The notes under the pieces: model-generated
Database searches by the model: none
What the model was told of the DNA's origin: nothing
What the model saw: the letters and a program-made list of their open reading frames with translations, nothing else
Made by a program: the position numbers and the translations under genes
From: an uncultured Eubacteriales bacterium
Lineage (GTDB): Bacteria > Bacillota > Clostridia > Oscillospirales > Oscillospiraceae
Reading direction: 5' to 3'
Assembly: GCA_902470165.1 (NCBI GenBank)
Contig: CABRFF010000002.1
Span: 4,562-68,561 of the forward strand
Length of the DNA: 64,000 bases
In this document: piece by piece, positions 58,539 to 64,000 of the stretch
Layout of the letters: each line of letters begins with the position of its first letter
How positions within the stretch are numbered: position 1 is the stretch's first letter

Positions 58539-59006
58539 ATGAGAACTTTTGAAGGAAAACTGGTATCCAAAGACATTCGCATCGGCATTGTCGCCGCTCG
58601 CTTTAACGAATTCATCACCTCCAAGCTGGTGGGCGGCGCACTGGACGCTCTCAAGCGCCATGATGTCAGCGAGGACTCCGTGGACATCGCCTGGGTCCCC
58701 GGCGCCTTTGAGATCCCTCTGATCGCCTCCAAGATGGCGAAAAGCGGCAAGTATGACGCCGTGATCTGCCTGGGCGCCGTCATCCGCGGCAGCACCTCCC
58801 ACTATGACTACGTGTGCAGCGAAGTGTCCAAGGGCATCGCCCAGGTCTCCCTGGCCAGCGACATCCCGGTGATGTTCGGCGTCCTGACCACCGAAAATAT
58901 CGAGCAGGCCATTGAGCGGGCCGGCTCCAAGGCGGGCAACAAGGGCTTTGACTGCGCTGTCGGCGCCATTGAGATGGTAAACCTGATCCATGAAATCGAA
59001 TCCTGA
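58539..59006 (+). CDS. ribH: Lumazine synthase
   Basis: [37 protein letters not shown]. Confidence 0.97.
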   Translation: MRTFEGKLVSKDIRIGIVAARFNEFITSKLVGGALDALKRHDVSEDSVDIAWVPGAFEIPLIASKMAKSGKYDAVICLGAVIRGSTSHYDYVCSEVSKGIAQVSLASDIPVMFGVLTTENIEQAIERAGSKAGNKGFDCAVGAIEMVNLIHEIES

Positions 59007-59667
59007 GCCCATCACACTGTTTTTTGACTACGACGGCACCCTCCACGAATGCATCCGTATCTATGCGCCCGCCTTCCGCAAAGTCTACCAGGAGATGGTA
59101 GCGGCGGGCATCGCCCAGCCCCGGCAGTTCTCCGAAGCGGAGCTCTGCCAGTGGCTGGGGCTGTCGGTGCCGGACATGTGGAATAAATTCATGCCCGACC
59201 TGGCCCAGTCGCTGAAGGATCACTACAGCTCCCGCATCGGCGAGGAAATGCTTCAGCTCATTCTGGATGGTTCCGCCGCTCTGTACCCCGGCACTGAGGA
59301 GACATTGGACGCACTCAAAAGCCAGGGCTGTCAGATGGTATTTTTGAGCAACTGTCTCCGCTCCTATATGGAGGCCCACCAGCAGGCATTCCAGCTGGAC
59401 CGATACTTCTCCGCCTTTTTCTGCGCGGAGGATTTCCCGGGACATGCCAAGTGGGAGATCTATCAGACCGTCCGTAGTCAATTCCCCGGCCGCCATGTCA
59501 TTATCGGAGACCGGAAACAGGATCTGGAGTGCGCTGAGCACTTCGGACTGCCCTTCGTGGGATGCAGCTACGGTTACAGCTTTCCCGGTGAACTGGCTGA
59601 CGCCACGCTGCTCATCTCCAGCGTCACCGATCTGGTGTCTGCTGTTGCCACGGTAACTGAAACCTGA
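58990..59667 (+). CDS. HAD-superfamily phosphatase coupled to the rib operon
   Basis: FDYDGTL, LYPG, LSN, K, IGDRKQD motifs; overlaps the ribH stop. Confidence 0.85.
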   Translation: MKSNPEPITLFFDYDGTLHECIRIYAPAFRKVYQEMVAAGIAQPRQFSEAELCQWLGLSVPDMWNKFMPDLAQSLKDHYSSRIGEEMLQLILDGSAALYPGTEETLDALKSQGCQMVFLSNCLRSYMEAHQQAFQLDRYFSAFFCAEDFPGHAKWEIYQTVRSQFPGRHVIIGDRKQDLECAEHFGLPFVGCSYGYSFPGELADATLLISSVTDLVSAVATVTET

Positions 59668-59669
59668 CA

Positions 59670-59710
59670 AAAAGCATTGGATGTCCCCTTTCGGCGTATC
59701 CAATGCTTTT
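59670..59710. terminator. Bidirectional terminator ending the rib-HAD operon
   Basis: AAAAGCATTGGAT...ATCCAATGCTTTT. Confidence 0.75.
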
Positions 59711-59715
59711 ATTGT

Positions 59716-60702
59716 TTACTTTCCGATTTTACGCAGGAATTCCGCCTCCGGCATGACCGAGCTGCTCACAGCATCCCGGATGGCCTCGGACAGCACTGCC
59801 GCCGCCAGCGTGCCCACTGCGTTAATATCCGCCTCTACCTGCTCACCAACCGAAAAGGCGTAGATGGTGTCCCCGTCAATCATGGTGCCCGACGGGCGGA
59901 TGCAGCGGCCAAATGCCGCTCGGGCCATGGAGGCAATCTTATTCATCGCTGCCTGATCGAAGGCCCCGTTGGTAAAAACAGCTCCCAGGGTGGTATTGGC
60001 ACCGGATGCCCCAGCCTGCTGGCTCTGGCAGAGAGCCGCCTCACAGCTGACAAAGGCGGTCCGTTCGGGATTCATCATGCCGGCAATCTTCTGCCCTGTC
60101 CGCGGATCATATATATCTCCAAAGGCGTTGACAACAGCCACCGCACCGACCTTCAGCTCGCCCAGCTGCACAGCGTAGTATCCAATCCCCGACTTCTGTC
60201 CCTGGGCAATTCCGTTGCCTTTCCCCACTGTGGCACCGGTACCGGCGCCAGCAATGCCGGAAACCGGCTGATTGCGCTCGGCATCCACACAGGCCCGGTA
60301 TCCCATCTCTCCATCGGGCCGTCCGGAAACGCTTCCAATGCCCAGGTCAAAGATACAGGACTGACAGACCAGCGGAACCACCGTGCCCAGTACAGGCAAT
60401 CCTTTCCCTCGTTCCTCCAGATAGCGCATCACTCCGCCGGATGCGTCCAGCCCAAAGGCGGAACCGCCGGAAAGGACAAGGGCATTGACCGGCACCTGAT
60501 TGGTCAGAGGTGCGAGGAGCTGGGACTCCCGGGAGGCAGGTCCGCCTCCACTGACGTCCACGCCTCCGATGCTGGGCGGGTCAAACAGAAACACGGTGAC
60601 GCCGGTCATGGCGTCCTCATCCTGGGCGTTTCCGATCTTGACTCCCGCAAGATCTGTAATGCTGATTCCCTCCCAGCACATTCCTTCCTGGTTACAGCAC
60701 AT
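59716..60702 (-). CDS. Peptidase family S58/P1 (DmpA-like)
   Basis: ITDLAGVKIG, GGPASRE, LSGGSAFGL, GAGTGA, NAFGD, NTT, DGDTIY. Confidence 0.88.
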   Translation of the reverse strand: MCCNQEGMCWEGISITDLAGVKIGNAQDEDAMTGVTVFLFDPPSIGGVDVSGGGPASRESQLLAPLTNQVPVNALVLSGGSAFGLDASGGVMRYLEERGKGLPVLGTVVPLVCQSCIFDLGIGSVSGRPDGEMGYRACVDAERNQPVSGIAGAGTGATVGKGNGIAQGQKSGIGYYAVQLGELKVGAVAVVNAFGDIYDPRTGQKIAGMMNPERTAFVSCEAALCQSQQAGASGANTTLGAVFTNGAFDQAAMNKIASMARAAFGRCIRPSGTMIDGDTIYAFSVGEQVEADINAVGTLAAAVLSEAIRDAVSSSVMPEAEFLRKIGK

Positions 60703-60804
60703 AAGCTTGTCCTCCTGTCTCTCCACACGGGTATCATAAACCGCAATTTTTCCTATTCTATCACAGCTTCCGCCTGGTAAACAATATCTTTCATCGCCAC
60801 ATGA

Positions 60805-60850
60805 TGAAAAACGATCACCTGTACCAAAAACACAGGTGATCGTTTTTCGC
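60805..60850 (-). terminator. Terminator after the nadBC-niaR operon
   Basis: GAAAAACGATCACCTGT...ACAGGTGATCGTTTTTC inverted repeat. Confidence 0.75.
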
Positions 60851-60860
60851 AGAGACAACT

Positions 60861-61415
60861 TTACTTGCTTTTCAGCTTCACCTGCAATTCCGCAGGCTCA
60901 TACTCCTGAATAGGCGCAAGGAACCCTTTTTCTCTCAGCTTATCCTCAATCAGATCCAGAATCGCCTCTGAATCCGCCAGCACGGTGTGGTAATGATACC
61001 CTGCGGTCACATTTTTGAGCAGGCCCGACTTTCCGGTGGCGATCTGCTCCATGAACTGCTCCACTCCAAATCGGGACGTGATGTTCATCTCGGCTCTGAG
61101 CACACCGTACACCTTATGGTACACGAAGACATCCTTGACTGTGCCGCCCATGTCCACCACGGTCATCAGTTCATCCCACACCTCCTCGTCGGAGTGGATG
61201 ACCTTCAAAATCCGGCTGGTCTCCTTCTGTTTCTCGATCACATATCCTCGATTGGAGGAAAATACGGAACGCCCGTTGGCACGAATGAGCGCAATATCCT
61301 GAACAATCACCTGTCTGCTCACATGCAGCTGCTTGGACAGCGACAGGCCGGAGACCGGTACATCACTGTCTTCCAAGATTCCTACAATTCTCTTTCGTCT
61401 GTCAATTCCGTTCAA
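60861..61415 (-). CDS. niaR: NiaR (3H domain) repressor, paralog 2
   Basis: VSRQVIVQDIALIRA, SNRGY, DVFVYHKVYG, GYHYHT; TTG start. Confidence 0.88.
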   Translation of the reverse strand: MNGIDRRKRIVGILEDSDVPVSGLSLSKQLHVSRQVIVQDIALIRANGRSVFSSNRGYVIEKQKETSRILKVIHSDEEVWDELMTVVDMGGTVKDVFVYHKVYGVLRAEMNITSRFGVEQFMEQIATGKSGLLKNVTAGYHYHTVLADSEAILDLIEDKLREKGFLAPIQEYEPAELQVKLKSK

Positions 61416-61443
61416 ACTTCTCCGTTCCTTTCCGTGACACAAT

Positions 61444-62298
61444 TCAAATAGCGCAAAGATTCTTCAAAGAAACGTCCAGTATTGGGGCGGAGTGGGTCAG
61501 TGCTCCGCTGGAAATGTAGTCCACGCCCAGCTCCGTCAGAGACGCAATGTTTTCCCGGGTCACGTTGCCGGAGACCTCGACCTCTGCCCGGCCCGCAATC
61601 AGCTCCAGCGCCGCCTTCCGCTCTGCCTGGCTCATATTATCCAGCATGATGATGTCCGCTCCGGCCTCCACGGCCTCCCGCACCATGTCGAGGGTTTCCA
61701 CTTCTACCTCAATCTTGCGTACAAAGGGGGCATATTCTTTTGCCATGGTTACGGCCTTGGCCACTCCGCCGGCGGCGCCAATGTGGTTGTCCTTCAAGAG
61801 TACACCGTCAGAGAGGTTGTAGCGGTGGTTGTTGCCGCCGCCCACCCGGACCGCATACTTTTCAAAGATGCGGTTATTGGGCGTGGTCTTCCGGGTATCC
61901 AGCAGTTTGGTCTTGGTACCCTTCAGCAGCACTGCCACAGAGCGGGTATAGGTGGCAATCCCGCTCATGCGCTGGAGATAATTCAGCGCCGTGCGCTCTC
62001 CGCACAACAGCGTCCGGATGTCGCCGCGGACTTTAGCCAAAGGCTGTCCTTTGCTGACCGCGTCTCCATCCTGTACGAAGCACTCCACTTCCGTGGTCTC
62101 GTCCAGCAGGGTGAACACCCGCGCAAACACCTGCAAACCGCAGATGATCCCATCTTCTTTACAGATCAAATCCGCCTGTCCCTTTTGCGGGTGGCGCATC
62201 ACGCAGTTGGCGGACACATCCTCGCTGGTAATGTCCTCCCGCAATGCGCTCAGAATCAGCGGATCTACATTTAATTTCATTGTCACCTGATCATACAT
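61444..62298 (-). CDS. nadC: Quinolinate phosphoribosyltransferase
   Basis: ERTALN..QRMSGIAT, DTRKTTP, HRYNLSD..LKDNH, IMLDN, SGALTHS. Confidence 0.96.
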   Translation of the reverse strand: MYDQVTMKLNVDPLILSALREDITSEDVSANCVMRHPQKGQADLICKEDGIICGLQVFARVFTLLDETTEVECFVQDGDAVSKGQPLAKVRGDIRTLLCGERTALNYLQRMSGIATYTRSVAVLLKGTKTKLLDTRKTTPNNRIFEKYAVRVGGGNNHRYNLSDGVLLKDNHIGAAGGVAKAVTMAKEYAPFVRKIEVEVETLDMVREAVEAGADIIMLDNMSQAERKAALELIAGRAEVEVSGNVTRENIASLTELGVDYISSGALTHSAPILDVSLKNLCAI

Positions 62299-63602
62299 GC
62301 TTCTTTCCTCTCTCCCGCCAGGTCCGCCTCTTTGATCTTTCTGCGGACCATTTTTCTGTATTCCGCCGCCAGTCTCTCCGGATCCAGATACTGCTCCTCG
62401 GAAATCCCCGCGAACGCATTGGCACAGCGCTTGACTTTGGCATAGCCCGCAGTCATATCCTGGGCCGCCCGCTTGGCAAACACCAGACTCTCCAACAGGG
62501 AGTTGCTGGCCAGCCGGTTCCGTCCGTGGACCCCGTTACAGGCCGTCTCGCCCACTGCGTACAGCTGGGCCATGGAGGTCCTGCTCTGGTAATCGACCTT
62601 GATGCCCCCCATGAAGTAGTGCTGGGCGGGCACCACCGGGATACACTCCCGGGTGACGTCAAAGCCCTGCTCCAGACAGTGCGCCACAATGTTGGGGAAA
62701 TGACTCCGCAGTTCCTCCTCCGGAATGGGCCGCAGATCCTCCCACACATAGGGCATATCGTCCTTCTCCATCTGCTCCAGAATCTTGCGGGTCAACACGT
62801 CCCGGGGCAGCAGTTCGTTGACAAAGCGATTGCCATGCTTGTCATAGAGCTTGGCCCCCTCACCCCGCAGCGACTCGGACAGCAGAAAGCTCCGATCCTC
62901 CTCCTTGGGAGAATACAGGGTCGTGGGGTGAATCTGCACGTAATTGATGTCCTTCAGCGCCACCTGATGCCGGCAGGCGATGGCCAACGCATCTCCGGTG
63001 ACGTGGCGGAAGTTGGTAGAGTGGCGATATAGCCCGCCGATGCCGCCGGTGGCAAAAACGGTGTAGTCCGCCTCCACCTGCTCCAAAGTCCCGTCCGGCT
63101 TTCGGATCACCGCTCCGTAACAGACATTTCCGGCGCTGACAATGTCCACCACCGTGGTGTACTCCAGAAGCGTGATGTGCGGACAGGCCCGAACCTGTTC
63201 CAGCAGTTTGCTGGTGATCTCCTTGCCGGTGATATCCTCGTGAAAGAGAATCCGTTTGTCCGAGTGGGCTCCCTCCCGTGTATACGCAAAGGCGCCGTCC
63301 GCCTCCCGCTGGAACTCCACACCGCAGCGCACCAGATCCTGAATGACCTCCTGAGAGGAGCGGATCATAATATCCACCGACTGCCGGTCATTTTCATAGT
63401 GACCGGCCTTCAGTGTATCCTCAAAGTAGCTGTCGTAATCCGCCTCATCCTTCAGCATACAGATGCCGCCCTGGGCCAGAAAGGAGTCACTGCTCTCCGC
63501 ATCCGACTTGGTCACAATGGTAATCTCCCGGTCTCTTGGCAGGTTGAGCGCACAGTAAAGGCCGGAACATCCACTTCCAACGATTAAAATATCGGTTTTC
63601 AT
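62283..63602 (-). CDS. nadB: L-aspartate oxidase (short form)
   Basis: GSGCSG, AQGGI, EGAHS, QIHPT, SESLRGEG, HYFMGG, HGRNRLASNSLLE. Confidence 0.94.
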   Translation of the reverse strand: MKTDILIVGSGCSGLYCALNLPRDREITIVTKSDAESSDSFLAQGGICMLKDEADYDSYFEDTLKAGHYENDRQSVDIMIRSSQEVIQDLVRCGVEFQREADGAFAYTREGAHSDKRILFHEDITGKEITSKLLEQVRACPHITLLEYTTVVDIVSAGNVCYGAVIRKPDGTLEQVEADYTVFATGGIGGLYRHSTNFRHVTGDALAIACRHQVALKDINYVQIHPTTLYSPKEEDRSFLLSESLRGEGAKLYDKHGNRFVNELLPRDVLTRKILEQMEKDDMPYVWEDLRPIPEEELRSHFPNIVAHCLEQGFDVTRECIPVVPAQHYFMGGIKVDYQSRTSMAQLYAVGETACNGVHGRNRLASNSLLESLVFAKRAAQDMTAGYAKVKRCANAFAGISEEQYLDPERLAAEYRKMVRRKIKEADLAGERKEACMIR

Positions 63603-63620
63603 TACATTCACCTGCTATTT

Positions 63621-63750
63621 GGAGAGCCCGCCATCTATCCCGGCGGCTACGGTGCCTGCTGTCTTACCGCTTCGCCATTCGCAATTCATTGGCTCCGTTT
63701 CACACACCCGGTATGGCAATCCACGATAAGCGGGATCGTATGCGCTCTCC
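63621..63750 (-). ncRNA. Structured 5' leader of nadB, class unassigned
   Basis: Closing stem GGAGAGC/GCUCUCC, internal hairpins and a 6-bp loop-distal pairing (CCGCUU/AAGCGG); sits between promoter and RBS. Confidence 0.55.
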
Positions 63751-63760
63751 TGTTTTGGCT

Positions 63761-63800
63761 ATTATACTCCCCCACTTCACTCCTGTCAATACACATATTT
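63761..63800 (-). promoter_or_regulatory. nadB promoter overlapped by a NiaR box
   Basis: TTGACA(63789-63784)-17-TATAAT(63766-63761); ATATGTGTATTGACAGG resembles the TGTCTTGACA boxes at 24658 and 25304. Confidence 0.75.
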
Positions 63801-64000
63801 TTACACGTATTTCTCCATTCTTCCTTGCTCGCACCACTTGACCCGCAGATGAGAGCATCGGTCATCTACCTTCACCCATCCGCTGTCATGCTTCAGACAG
63901 AGCGCCCCACGCCCAGTCAGTTCCATCCGGAACGCCAGATCGCCTAATTTCCCCTGCTTTACCGTCAGTGTAAAGGATGCGGTACCAGTCTGCTCCGGTT
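63801..64000 (-). CDS. 3' end of an unidentified ORF entering from beyond the window
   Basis: Open frame PEQTGTASFTLTVKQGKLGDLAFRMELTGRGALCLKHDSGWVKVDDRCSHLRVKWCEQGRMEKYV*; stop at 63803-63801. Confidence 0.4.
   Translation of the reverse strand, partial: PEQTGTASFTLTVKQGKLGDLAFRMELTGRGALCLKHDSGWVKVDDRCSHLRVKWCEQGRMEKYV

Noticed and set aside
63615..63689. 24-aa uORF MNCEWRSGKTAGTVAAGIDGGLSK in the nadB leader, ending just before the nadB RBS
   Set aside because: GGAG is only 3 nt from the ATG and there is no telling codon run; the RNA structure explains the region better. It cannot be fully excluded without Ribo-seq.
63621..63750. Assigning the nadB leader to NAD+-II, glycine, SRP, raiA, pistol/twister or group I intron families
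   Set aside because: Only short coincidental matches (AGAGC/GCUCU stem, GGAGAG, CAGCAGGC, AAUUGCG); the diagnostic cores are missing by eye.
1..64000. CRISPR arrays, tRNA/rRNA genes, IS elements, prophage or integrase genes
   Set aside because: No regularly spaced repeats, cloverleaf sequences, or transposase/integrase motifs were seen. Intergenic inverted repeats are explained as terminators or operators. This was by visual inspection only.

Overview
Chromosomal segment of a moderately GC-rich, endospore-forming Clostridia-class bacterium (gene content resembles Oscillospiraceae/Ruminococcaceae; this is an inference, no database search was run). It is mostly core genome. In order: era-ybeY-phoH-yqfD-yqfC; nrdDG with NrdR boxes; ylbJ; a BlaI/M56 pair; an Amt-PII fusion; a YtrA-type GntR/ABC operon; argS; an Fe-ADH/DUF5685/J-domain operon; pckA; a niaR-transporter-amidase (niacin salvage) cluster; an InrS/CsoR-like sensor; a FliB-like gene; larB-mtnA-aldolase; sbcDC; the dcw cluster (mraZ to ftsZ); rluA; a secreted subtilase; hlyIII; an FMN riboswitch with ribD-E-BA-H plus a HAD gene; an S58 peptidase; and nadB-nadC-niaR. 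I saw no tRNA, rRNA, IS, prophage or CRISPR array. The most notable observations: (1) a 130-nt pseudoknot-capable RNA element of unassigned class fills the nadB 5' leader, and the operon lacks nadA; (2) the murE slot of the dcw cluster holds an intact but catalytically degenerate MurE-like gene; (3) larB is translationally coupled to mtnA and a class II aldolase, next to a Ni-sensor-like gene and niacin salvage genes; (4) the amt leader has two ANTAR-like hexaloop terminators; (5) DUF5685 carries isoprenoid-synthase-like Asp motifs; (6) a 59-aa membrane protein is missing from the ORF track. Many start codons were refined by eye from RBS position. All functional calls come from motif recognition only.
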